Shown here piece after piece: positions 1 to 8,150 of a stretch of DNA of 42,176 nt. Source of the DNA: Planctomycetota bacterium (GTDB lineage Bacteria > Planctomycetota > UBA1135 > GCA-002686595); the NCBI GenBank assembly GCA_050049155.1, contig JASFWR010000001.1:1-42176 (forward strand), in the 5' to 3' direction. Numbering within the stretch: the stretch's first letter is position 1; the number at the start of each line of letters is the position of its first letter. The notes under the pieces were generated by a model. The model was given only the letters and a program-made list of their open reading frames with translations, did no database searches and was not told the origin of the DNA. The position numbers were made by a program, and so were the translations under genes.

Positions 1-894
1 CACGCCGGCCACGGTGACGCTCGACTCGGCCACGTTGGTGGAGAGCACCACCCGTCGCCGCGGCCCCGCCCGCAGCGCCGCGTCCTGCCGGTCGGGCGGC
101 AGGTCCCCGTAGAGCTCCACGACGTCCACGTCCCGCAGGAACCCCAGCGCCGCCGCGCACCGCCGGATCTCCCCCACGCCCGCGAGGAACACCAGCACGT
201 CCCCCTCGGACCGGTCGAGCGCGGCGCGCACGGCGCGGGCGACCTGGGCGGGGAGCGCCTCCTTGCCGTCGCGGGCGCCGGCCGCGCCGCGCTCCGGGGG
301 GACGAAGTCCACCTCCACCGGGAACAGTCGCCCCTCGCTGGTCACGATCGGCGCCGGGCCGGCCGCCCCCCCGAGGAACGCCGCGATGGGCTCGGCCTGC
401 AGGGTGGCCGACGTCGCGATCAGGCGCAGGTCCTCCCGCGCCTCCTCCCGCACCCGGCGCGCCATGGCCAGCGCCAGGTCCGCCTCGAGGCTCCGCTCGT
501 GGAACTCGTCGAAGACGATGCAGCCGACCCCCTCGAGGAACGGGTCCTCCTGGAGGCGCGCGAGGAGGATGCCCTCGGTGCAGAAGAGGACGCGCGTGTC
601 CCGCCCGGCCTTCCGATCGAAGCGGACGTGGTACCCGACCTCGCCGCCGAGGGTCCACCCGTTCTCCTCGGCCACGCGGCGGGCCGCGGCCCGGGCCGCG
701 ATCCGCCTCGGCTCGAGCACCACCACCGGCCCCAGGCCCGCGCGCAGCAGGGCGGGCGGGACGCGGGTCGTCTTGCCCGCGCCCGGGGGCGCCACCAGGA
801 CCGAGACCCCGCGCTCCCGCGTGGCGGCCACCACGTCGTCGAGGACCTCCTCGATGGGCAGGTCCGCCGCCCCGCTCGCGCCCTCCTTCCCCAT
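1..894 (-). CDS. hrpB: ATP-dependent DEAH-box RNA helicase HrpB, N-terminal part (runs off the window start)
   Basis: Not in the ORF track because no stop lies in the window. Manual minus-strand translation from ATG 894 gives MGKEGASGAADLPIEEVL...APPGAGKTTRVP (Walker A), then CIVFDEFHERSLEADLALA (DExH motif II) and VVLSTNVAESSVTV (motif V), the typical HrpB motif set. Confidence 0.93.
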   Translation of the reverse strand, partial: MGKEGASGAADLPIEEVLDDVVAATRERGVSVLVAPPGAGKTTRVPPALLRAGLGPVVVLEPRRIAARAAARRVAEENGWTLGGEVGYHVRFDRKAGRDTRVLFCTEGILLARLQEDPFLEGVGCIVFDEFHERSLEADLALAMARRVREEAREDLRLIATSATLQAEPIAAFLGGAAGPAPIVTSEGRLFPVEVDFVPPERGAAGARDGKEALPAQVARAVRAALDRSEGDVLVFLAGVGEIRRCAAALGFLRDVDVVELYGDLPPDRQDAALRAGPRRRVVLSTNVAESSVTVAGV

Positions 895-902
895 CCCCGG
901 TC

Positions 903-1361
903 TCAGTCCAAGGCAGTCCGGAAGGCCTCGCGGACCGCCTCCACCCGGCGCCGGTTGGCGCCCAGGTCGGAGTAGCCCAGGCGAGAGGCGGAGCGCACGT
1001 GGATCACCCCGGCGGCCGCGTCGAGCCGCGCCTCGAAGTCGTCGCGGAAGCGCAGGAGCCGCGTCTTGAAGACGGCGTGCAGGTACTCGGGCTCCACGAC
1101 CTCCAGGGACGCCCGCTCCCCCACCACTGCCGCGAGGGCCTCGAAGGCCGCGGCGGGGGACGTCCCGGCGGGGATGTCGAGGGGCGCCACCCGCGCGCCT
1201 TCCGGCGCTCCCTCCTCGCTGGAGACGCAGTTGGGCGACCCGGGGCACGGGCGCAGCGCGCCCCCGTCGAGCCCGACCTCCGGCCCCGCGCAGCCGATGG
1301 CCGCGGCCAGCAGGAGGAGGGAGGCGAGGAGGGCCGTGGTGATCATCTTGCGCAGCGTCAT
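903..1361 (-). CDS. DUF1499 family lipoprotein
   Basis: Signal peptide with lipobox-like AAIGC; LRPCPGSPNCVSS, FRDDFE and VRSASRLGYSDLGANRRRVE are characteristic DUF1499 motifs. Confidence 0.85.
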   Translation of the reverse strand: MTLRKMITTALLASLLLLAAAIGCAGPEVGLDGGALRPCPGSPNCVSSEEGAPEGARVAPLDIPAGTSPAAAFEALAAVVGERASLEVVEPEYLHAVFKTRLLRFRDDFEARLDAAAGVIHVRSASRLGYSDLGANRRRVEAVREAFRTALD

Positions 1362-1604
1362 CGAGGTGGTCCCGTCCCGGAGTCTCGTGGAAAGCGGTCC
1401 GGAGGGGAACCGGGAGTTCGCGCAGCCGCCGGGGCAGAGGCAGGAAAGTCTCCGCGCAGGTCGCTAGGATCGAGGGCGAAGGGGGAAAGAGGGGCGCGGA
1501 CCGCACCCTCCTCGAACATCATGATGGGTCTTTGCCACCTGGAGCCGTTGCTCCACGCGAACACGTCCTGGGTCCTCGGACTCGTCCCGGCCGGGGGCGC
1601 GAGC

Positions 1605-3857
1605 ATGCTCGAGAAGCTGCCGCTGATCCTGGGCGGCGCGATCATCGGGGGGTCGATCGCCTGGGTCCTGGCCAAGCGCCAGAGCCTCACCCAGCACCGC
1701 ATCCAGCAGGAGCTCTGGGACCGCAAGTTCCGCCTGGCCGAGGCGGACCGCGAGGCGGCGGTCACCTCGCTGAACCAGAACAACATCGACGTGAAGCGCA
1801 TCAAGGGCACCTACGAGGCCCACGTGCAGCGCATCACCTCCCTCCAGGCGGAGCTCACCGCCGAGCGCACCCACACCGAGCAGCTGCGGGGCGAGATCGA
1901 CGGGATGGAGGCGGCCATGGCGGAGCTCGGCGGCGCCCGCGAGGCCAGCGAGTCCGCGGCGGCCGACGCCCGGGCCGAGTCCGACCGCAAGACCCGCGTC
2001 CACCGTGAGATCTCCAAGGAGCGCGACACCCTCCAGGCCCGGGTCCAGGGCCTCGAGGCGGAGCTGGAGAAGGCCCGCGCGAAGCTCACCGACGACACCA
2101 AGGCGTTCCGCGCCACCATCGCGGAGCGGGACGGCAAGGTCGCGGAGTGGCAGCGCCGCCACGCCGAGGACCAGGAGGCCATGGGCGCGACGCTCGCCGG
2201 GCTCGAGGAGCGCATCCTCGAGCTGGAGCCGGTGCCCGCCCAGCTGGAGGAGACCCGCCTCGAGCTCGACGAGGCCCGGGCGGAGCGCGCCCGCCTCGTG
2301 CGCGACCACGCCGAGGAGGTCGAGCGCCTGAACTCCGCCTCCGCCGAGGAGCTGGACGCGGTCCGGCTCGCCGAGGAGGAGGCCCGGGACACGGCGGCGG
2401 CCGCCGCCGACGCCACCCGCATCGAGCTGGAGGAGCGGCTCGCCGAGCTGGCCCCGCTGCCCGAGCAGCTGGAGGCGGCGCGGCTGGAGCTCGAGCTGCT
2501 GCGCAGCGAGCGCACGGCGCTCCTCGAGTCCACCACGGCGGAGATCACCGAGCTCAAGGGCCGGATCTCGGAGCTCGTCCCCCTGGAGGAGCAGCTGAAC
2601 GCGAGCCGCGCGCAGGCGGAGAAGCTCCGCACGGAGCTCGCCAACCTCGAGGCGTCCTCCGCCACGCAGGAGTCCGAGCTCCGGGAGCGCATCGCCGAGC
2701 TGGAGCCCCTGCCCGGCGAGCTGAGCGCGGCGAGGAGCGACCTGCGCAACGCGCGCGAGCGCCTGGCGGAGCTGGAGCCCCTGGTCCCGCGCCTCGCCCG
2801 CGTGGAGACGGAGCTCGACGTCGCCGGGGACCGGAACGACGCCCTCCGCTCGGAGACGAGCGAGGAGATCGCCACCCTCCAGAGCCGCGTCGCGGAGCTG
2901 GAGCCCGTGGTCGTGGAGCTCGCCCGGCGAGAGGGCGAGCTCAAGATCCTGCGGGAGCGCGTCGAGACCCTCGAGCCCCTGCCCGCGGAGCTGCGGGACC
3001 GGGAGGCCGAGCTCCAGGAGCTCCGGGAGCGCTCCGCCGAGGACGCGGAGAACGCCCGCCTCAAGGAGCGCGAGCTCGAGCAGCGCCTCAAGCAGCTCGA
3101 GGGCATCGAGGACGAGTTCCTCGCGCTGCGCAACGACTTCGGTGAGTTCAAGACCGCCGCGAACCGCGACGCCCGCGCCGCGGAGCTGGACGGCAAGCGG
3201 CTCGCCACGAGCCTCGAGGAGCTCGAGGCGCGCAACGCCGAGCTCGAGTCGCTCCGCGGGCGGCTGTCGGAGCTCCAGGCGGCGCAGAAGGCCGACCAGC
3301 GGGAGGCGCACCAGCTCCGTGGTCAGGCCGGCAAGCTCGAGACGCGGCTGACGAGCACCAAGCTCAAGCTGGACGAGCAGGTCGCGCAGCTGCGCGAGGC
3401 GAAGGCCGAGCTCACCAAGCTGCGCAGGGTCGTGGCGCGGGCGGAGGCCCGCGAGCAGGCGGCCGCCGCCAAGGCCGCGCGCGCGGCGGGCGGCGCCGCG
3501 GAGCCGGGGAAGGCCGCGGCCGGGAAGGGCTCCACGAAGAAGGCTCCCGCGAAGAAGGCCGACTCGAAGAAGACGCCGGCGTCGAGGAAGTCCGGGGGCT
3601 CGAAGGAGAACGTCAAGACGATCCAGCCCGCCCCGCGCCGCAGCGCCGACGACCTCACCGCCATCAGCGGCATCGGCCCGAGCTACGAGAAGGTCCTCAA
3701 GAAGGCGGGCATCCACCGCTACGAGCAGCTCGCGACCCTCACCGCGCCCAAGCTGCAGGCCCTCGCGGAGAAGATCGACATCCCCGTCGACCGCATGAAG
3801 AAGGACCGCTGGGTCCAGAAGGCCAAGGCCGCCCACCAGAAGAAGTACAAGCCCTGA
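1605..3857 (+). CDS. Membrane-anchored long coiled-coil protein with C-terminal helix-hairpin-helix (HhH) domain
   Basis: Part of ORF 999..3857; likely start is ATG 1605 (alternative 1521). N-terminal hydrophobic helix LPLILGGAIIGGSIAWVLA, about 600 aa of E/L/R/A heptads, a K/A/P-rich linker, then DDLTAISGIGPSYEKVLKKAGIHRYEQLATLT (HhH type). Confidence 0.85.
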   Translation: MLEKLPLILGGAIIGGSIAWVLAKRQSLTQHRIQQELWDRKFRLAEADREAAVTSLNQNNIDVKRIKGTYEAHVQRITSLQAELTAERTHTEQLRGEIDGMEAAMAELGGAREASESAAADARAESDRKTRVHREISKERDTLQARVQGLEAELEKARAKLTDDTKAFRATIAERDGKVAEWQRRHAEDQEAMGATLAGLEERILELEPVPAQLEETRLELDEARAERARLVRDHAEEVERLNSASAEELDAVRLAEEEARDTAAAAADATRIELEERLAELAPLPEQLEAARLELELLRSERTALLESTTAEITELKGRISELVPLEEQLNASRAQAEKLRTELANLEASSATQESELRERIAELEPLPGELSAARSDLRNARERLAELEPLVPRLARVETELDVAGDRNDALRSETSEEIATLQSRVAELEPVVVELARREGELKILRERVETLEPLPAELRDREAELQELRERSAEDAENARLKERELEQRLKQLEGIEDEFLALRNDFGEFKTAANRDARAAELDGKRLATSLEELEARNAELESLRGRLSELQAAQKADQREAHQLRGQAGKLETRLTSTKLKLDEQVAQLREAKAELTKLRRVVARAEAREQAAAAKAARAAGGAAEPGKAAAGKGSTKKAPAKKADSKKTPASRKSGGSKENVKTIQPAPRRSADDLTAISGIGPSYEKVLKKAGIHRYEQLATLTAPKLQALAEKIDIPVDRMKKDRWVQKAKAAHQKKYKP

Positions 3858-3884
3858 AGCGGGCTCCGGTCGCCTGTCCAACCC

Positions 3885-3924
3885 GAGCGCCCCGCGGCAC
3901 CCGCCGTGGGGCGCTCTCCTTGGT
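3885..3924 (+). terminator. Probable intrinsic terminator hairpin
   Basis: 14-bp stem GAGCGCCCCGCGGC / GCCGTGGGGCGCTC (one G-U pair) with loop ACCC, starting 28 nt after the stop at 3857; weak T-rich tail TCCTTGGTT. Confidence 0.55.
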
Positions 3925-4084
3925 TCGAGCCGCCGCGCGGGGAGGGGGCCGTCGTCGCGGTGACCCCGGGGCCCAGGAGCGTCGAGGAGGCGGGACCCCA
4001 CCCGATCGCGCCGCCGCTCCGCGGGAACGAAGGGACGCCCCGTCGGACGAGCGCCGCGCCGAGGTCCCAGGGCAAGATGGGGCC

Positions 4085-4777
4085 ATGGCCCACGACCACC
4101 CCTCCCCCCCCACCGTGGACCGCTACGCCCTGGCGTCGTGGATCTACGACGCCGCCACGGCGGGGTGGAGCGGGGGCGCCATCTGGGCCACGCGGGCCGA
4201 GGTCCTGAAGGACTGCCCCCCCGGGTCTGAGCTCCTGGTGCCCGGCCCCGGCACCGGGCGGCTCGCGGTCGAGGCGGCGCGCCGCGGGGTCCGCGTCACG
4301 GCGGTGGAGCGGTCCCCGCGCATGCTCGCCCGCGCCCGGCGGCGGGCCCGCCGCGCCGGGGTCGAGCTGGACCTGCGCGCCGGGGACGCCACCGCCCTCC
4401 CCCGGGAGGCGCGGTACGACGCCGTGGCCCTCGAGCACTTCCTCAACGTCTTCCCCAGGCCGGAGATGGAGCGGGTCCGGGAGGGGATGATCGCGCGGGT
4501 CCGGCCCGGGGGCGTCCTGGCGATCGCCGACTTCGCCCCCGTGGATCCCGCCGCCTCGCCCCTCGCGCGGGCCGCCCAGCGGCTCCATCATGTGACCCCG
4601 CTCGGCGGCTGCGCGCTGCTCACCGGGAACGCCATGCACCCCATCTTCGACCACGGCCTCGAGCTCGCGGACCGGGACGACCTCCGGCTGGAGCGCGTCC
4701 ACGACGCCCGGAGCCACGGCGTCGGCCCGCGCTGGTTCCGGTGCTGGGTCTTCCGCCGCGCGGAGGAGCGCTCGTGA
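4085..4777 (+). CDS. Class I SAM-dependent methyltransferase
   Basis: ORF 3920..4777, start ATG 4085. Motif I-like LLVPGPGTGRLA, VTAVERSPRML, GDATAL, YDAV and RPGGVLAIADF. Confidence 0.85.
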   Translation: MAHDHPSPPTVDRYALASWIYDAATAGWSGGAIWATRAEVLKDCPPGSELLVPGPGTGRLAVEAARRGVRVTAVERSPRMLARARRRARRAGVELDLRAGDATALPREARYDAVALEHFLNVFPRPEMERVREGMIARVRPGGVLAIADFAPVDPAASPLARAAQRLHHVTPLGGCALLTGNAMHPIFDHGLELADRDDLRLERVHDARSHGVGPRWFRCWVFRRAEERS

Positions 4778-5982
4778 CGGCGACGGGTCCCTCCACCGCG
4801 CGAGCCACGGCGATCGGCCTGGCCTCGGGGGCGGCGCTGCTCGGGGCGTTCCTGGCCCTCGGGTGGCGTGACCTCGACGCCGCGTGGGCCGGGCTCGACT
4901 TCAACGGCGCGCTCTTCGAGGACTTCCTCGGCCCCTACTGGAACACGGCCCGGGGGCTCGCCGCGGGCGAGCCGAGCCCCGCGCCTGGCTACCTGTACCC
5001 CGCGTTCGGCGCCTGGCTGCTGGCGCCCCTCGCGGGCCTCGGGCCCGCGGGCGCGTCGTGGCTCTGCCTCGGGCTCATGGCCGGCGCCGCGGCCCTGCTC
5101 CTCGCGAGCCTGCTGCGCCTCCGGCCGGCCCGGAGCGACGGCGAGGCGGCGCTGGTGGGCGCCGCCGTGCTCCTCGCCCATCCGGTCGTCCACGGCGCGT
5201 ACTGGGGCCAGGCCGCCCTCCCGGTGACCGCGCTGTCGGTGGCGGCGTTCGCCGCGTGGAGTGCGGGACGCTCGGCCACGGGCGGGGCGCTGGTGGGCGT
5301 CGCCGCCGCCGTGAAGCTGACCCCCCTCGTGCTCCTGCTGGCGCCCGCCGCGCGGCGCGACGGCCGCGCCCTCGTCGCCGGGCTCGGGGCCTTCGTGGCC
5401 TGCGCGGTGTTGGTCCCGGCGCTGCTCATGGGACCCGCCGACCTCGCCGCCTTCCACGCGGAGGCGGCGTCGCAGCTGCGGGAGCTCGCGGGGAGCGCGA
5501 GCACCGGGGTCGGCGGCCGTGGCAGCCAGGACCCCGGCGCCCTCCTGGCCCGGCTCGCCGGGGACGGGGCCTTCTGGATCGGGAAGGCCGCGGGCCTCGG
5601 TGTCTCGGCCCTGGCGGTCCGCGCCGCGTTCCAGGAGCTGCGCGAGGCGGCCCCCTCCTGGGAGCGCGCCCTCGTGCTGCTGGCGGCGGTGCCCTGGCTC
5701 CTGGTCACACCCACCTGGGCCCACGGGCTCGCGTGGTCGGTGGTGGCCTGGCGTCTCGGCTGGGCGGCCGGCGGCACGGCGCGCGCCCTGGCCCTCGGCT
5801 CCGCCCTCCTGGGCACCCTCCCCCTCCTGCGCCTCGTCGCCGACCCCGTGCGGCACGCCTCCCTCGGGCTCCCCGCCGCGGCCGCTGCCCTCGCCCTCGC
5901 CGCCGCAGCCCTCACCGCCGCGCGCTCCTCCCCCGATTCCCTCTCCCCGGGGCGAGACGACGCCGCGGACACGCGTCCCTGA
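4774..5982 (+). CDS. GT87 / DUF2029-like polytopic membrane glycosyltransferase (GT-C)
   Basis: GTG start overlaps the upstream TGA (GTGA). Many TM segments; YLYPAF, YWGQ and AAVKLTPLVLL match the GT87 YxYPP / GQ / xKxxP pattern. Confidence 0.7.
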   Translation: MTATGPSTARATAIGLASGAALLGAFLALGWRDLDAAWAGLDFNGALFEDFLGPYWNTARGLAAGEPSPAPGYLYPAFGAWLLAPLAGLGPAGASWLCLGLMAGAAALLLASLLRLRPARSDGEAALVGAAVLLAHPVVHGAYWGQAALPVTALSVAAFAAWSAGRSATGGALVGVAAAVKLTPLVLLLAPAARRDGRALVAGLGAFVACAVLVPALLMGPADLAAFHAEAASQLRELAGSASTGVGGRGSQDPGALLARLAGDGAFWIGKAAGLGVSALAVRAAFQELREAAPSWERALVLLAAVPWLLVTPTWAHGLAWSVVAWRLGWAAGGTARALALGSALLGTLPLLRLVADPVRHASLGLPAAAAALALAAAALTAARSSPDSLSPGRDDAADTRP

Positions 5983-6057
5983 GCGCGGCGGTCCCAACCG
6001 GGATCGTGAGGGACGCCGGTCTTGGTCGCTCGCGCGGGAGCGGCTAGGCTCGCGCCG

Positions 6058-7344
6058 ATGGAAGCCCTCGCCCCCGCCGCCGCCGGATTCCTGGCGGCCC
6101 TCGTCCTCGGCCTGCTCCTCAGGTCCCGCGCCGTCGCCCAGCTGGCCGCCGAGCACCGGGAAGAGCTGGCGGCCGTGAGGGGAGAGGCGGAGGCCGCCCA
6201 GGCCGCCCTCCGCGACGCCGCCGCCGCGGACCGCGAGGCCAAGGTCCGGCTGGAGGCCGAGGTGGAGAAGGTGGAGGCCCTCAAGGCCAGCGCCGAGGAG
6301 GCCGCCCGCGAGCGCGACGAGTTCCTCCGCGCCCAGAAGGCCGAGATGGAGCAGACGTTCAAGGCCCTCTCCAGCAAGGCGCTCGAGGACTCCAACAAGT
6401 CGTTCCTGGAGCGGGCGAAGGAGAAGCTCGAGCCCATGGACAAGCAGCTCGAGCGGCTCGAGAAGGCGACCAAGGAGATGGAGGAGAAGCGCCAGCTGGC
6501 GTACGGCTCCATGAGCAAGGAGCTCACCGGGCTCCGCGAGGCCACCGAGCAGTACCGCGTCCAGGCCCAGAGCCTCTCCGAGGCCCTGAAGGGCTCGTCC
6601 CAGGCGCGGGGCCGGATCGGGGAGATGGTCCTCCGCAACATCGCGGAGCTCGCGGGCATGACCCCCCACTGCGACTTCGTCGAGCAGGGGACGGACGCCG
6701 CGGGGAATCGGCCGGACATGATCGTCAAGGTCCCGGGCGGGGGCGAGATCCCGATCGACGCCAAGTTCCCGCTGGCCGCCTACGACAAGGCGATCCAGAC
6801 GGACGACCCGACCCAGCGCAAGGAGCACCTCGCGCAGCACGCGCGGGACCTGCGCAAGCACGTGATGGACGTGTCCAAGCGCGACTACGCCGGCTCCGCC
6901 GAGGGGGACTCGGACTTCACGGTCCTGTTCCTCCCCTTCGACCACCTCCTCGCCGCGGCGTTCGAGGCGAGCCCCGGCCTGCAGGACGAGGCCTTCGAGA
7001 AGCGGGTGCTGATCACCACGCCCGTGACCCTCGTGGCCCTGCTGCGCACGATCGCCCTCTACTGGCGCCAGCACCAGCTGGCCGAGAACGCCCAGGAGAT
7101 CGCCGACGCGTCGAAGGAGCTCATGGACCGCCTCGGGACCTTCGCCGAGCACTTCGCCAAGGTCGGCCGCGGGCTCAAGCAGTCCACCAACGCCTTCAAC
7201 GACGCGGTGGGCAGCTACGAGCGGCGGATCCTCCCCGCCGGGCGGAAGGTCAAGAAGCTCCAGGGGGGCAAGGACGAGCTCCCGGAGCTGCCCGAGCTCT
7301 CGGCCGAGGTCCGGCAGCTCGACTTCACCGGCGACGAGGCCTGA
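6058..7344 (+). CDS. rmuC: DNA recombination protein RmuC
   Basis: N-terminal TM and coiled coil; RGRIGEMVL, RPDMIVKVP...IPIDAKFP (PD-(D/E)xK-like), FTVLFLP, ITTPVTLVALLRTI, FNDAVGSYE. Confidence 0.93.
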   Translation: MEALAPAAAGFLAALVLGLLLRSRAVAQLAAEHREELAAVRGEAEAAQAALRDAAAADREAKVRLEAEVEKVEALKASAEEAARERDEFLRAQKAEMEQTFKALSSKALEDSNKSFLERAKEKLEPMDKQLERLEKATKEMEEKRQLAYGSMSKELTGLREATEQYRVQAQSLSEALKGSSQARGRIGEMVLRNIAELAGMTPHCDFVEQGTDAAGNRPDMIVKVPGGGEIPIDAKFPLAAYDKAIQTDDPTQRKEHLAQHARDLRKHVMDVSKRDYAGSAEGDSDFTVLFLPFDHLLAAAFEASPGLQDEAFEKRVLITTPVTLVALLRTIALYWRQHQLAENAQEIADASKELMDRLGTFAEHFAKVGRGLKQSTNAFNDAVGSYERRILPAGRKVKKLQGGKDELPELPELSAEVRQLDFTGDEA

Positions 7345-7377
7345 GCCCGCGCCTCGCGCGGGCCGGCACGCGTCCCG

Positions 7378-8145
7378 TCACGCGGTGGCGGGGGTGCGGC
7401 CCAGCCTTCCCTCGGCCGCGGCCTCGACCGCGGTCAGCGCGGCCCCCATGCGCTCGACGGTCTCGGGCGACTCCGACATGGCCAGCATGGGCTCGAGCTC
7501 GATGGGCTCCCCCACCTCGAGGGCGATGCGGCTGAAGGGCAGCGGTACTAGCAGCCGGTCCCAGGTCCGCAGGTGGACGCCGCGCGAGCAGGCGAAGGAG
7601 ATCGGGACCACGGGGCTCCCGGAGAGCCTCGCCAGCATGATCGCGCCCGGCTTGAACTCGTGCGGCGGCCCGGTGCTCCCGTCCGGGGCGATCAGGGGCG
7701 ACAGGTTCGCCTCCTTGATGGCCATGTACATGTCGCGCATGGCGAGGGCGCCGCTGCGGCGCCCGGAGCCGCGGATGGCCATGACCCCGAGCTTCGCCAG
7801 CAGCCGCGCCCCCAGCTCCCCGTCCTTGGACGGGCTCACGAGGGCGCCCGGCACGACGCCGCGGGACCGGAGCCGGCGCAGGTACGCGACCCCCATGATC
7901 TGGCGCTGGTGCCACACGCAGGGGATGAACCGCTCGCCGCGCTCGAGGAGCGGCGCGAGGTGCGCCTCCCCGTGGACCTCCATCCGGAGCGTCGCCCAGT
8001 AGAGGCGCAGGAGCAGTGCGAGGACGCCGGCGAAGAGGGGGAAGACCGCCGTCCTCCACCAGGGCATCGGCTTCTGGGCGCGGGGCGCGCCGCGCTGCCG
8101 CTCCGGGAGCGGGGTCGGGTCCGGGGTGGCGTCCGAGCCGGTCAT
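7378..8145 (-). CDS. DUF374 lysophospholipid-acyltransferase family protein (LpxJ-like)
   Basis: 3' part of ORF 7378..8376, start ATG 8145. N-terminal TM; CVWHQR, SPSKDGE, IRGSGRRSG, PDGSTGP and TWDRLLVPLPFSR are DUF374 motifs. Confidence 0.85.
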   Translation of the reverse strand: MTGSDATPDPTPLPERQRGAPRAQKPMPWWRTAVFPLFAGVLALLLRLYWATLRMEVHGEAHLAPLLERGERFIPCVWHQRQIMGVAYLRRLRSRGVVPGALVSPSKDGELGARLLAKLGVMAIRGSGRRSGALAMRDMYMAIKEANLSPLIAPDGSTGPPHEFKPGAIMLARLSGSPVVPISFACSRGVHLRTWDRLLVPLPFSRIALEVGEPIELEPMLAMSESPETVERMGAALTAVEAAAEGRLGRTPATA

Positions 8146-8150
8146 GGCGG

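Noticed and set aside
263-1069. Plus-strand ORFs 263..1069 and 499..975
   Set aside because: Antisense shadows of hrpB and the DUF1499 gene; low-complexity R/A/P/S translation.
999-1604. N-terminal extension of the 952-aa ORF
   Set aside because: It overlaps the DUF1499 gene on the opposite strand; protein-like sequence begins near Met 1521/1605.
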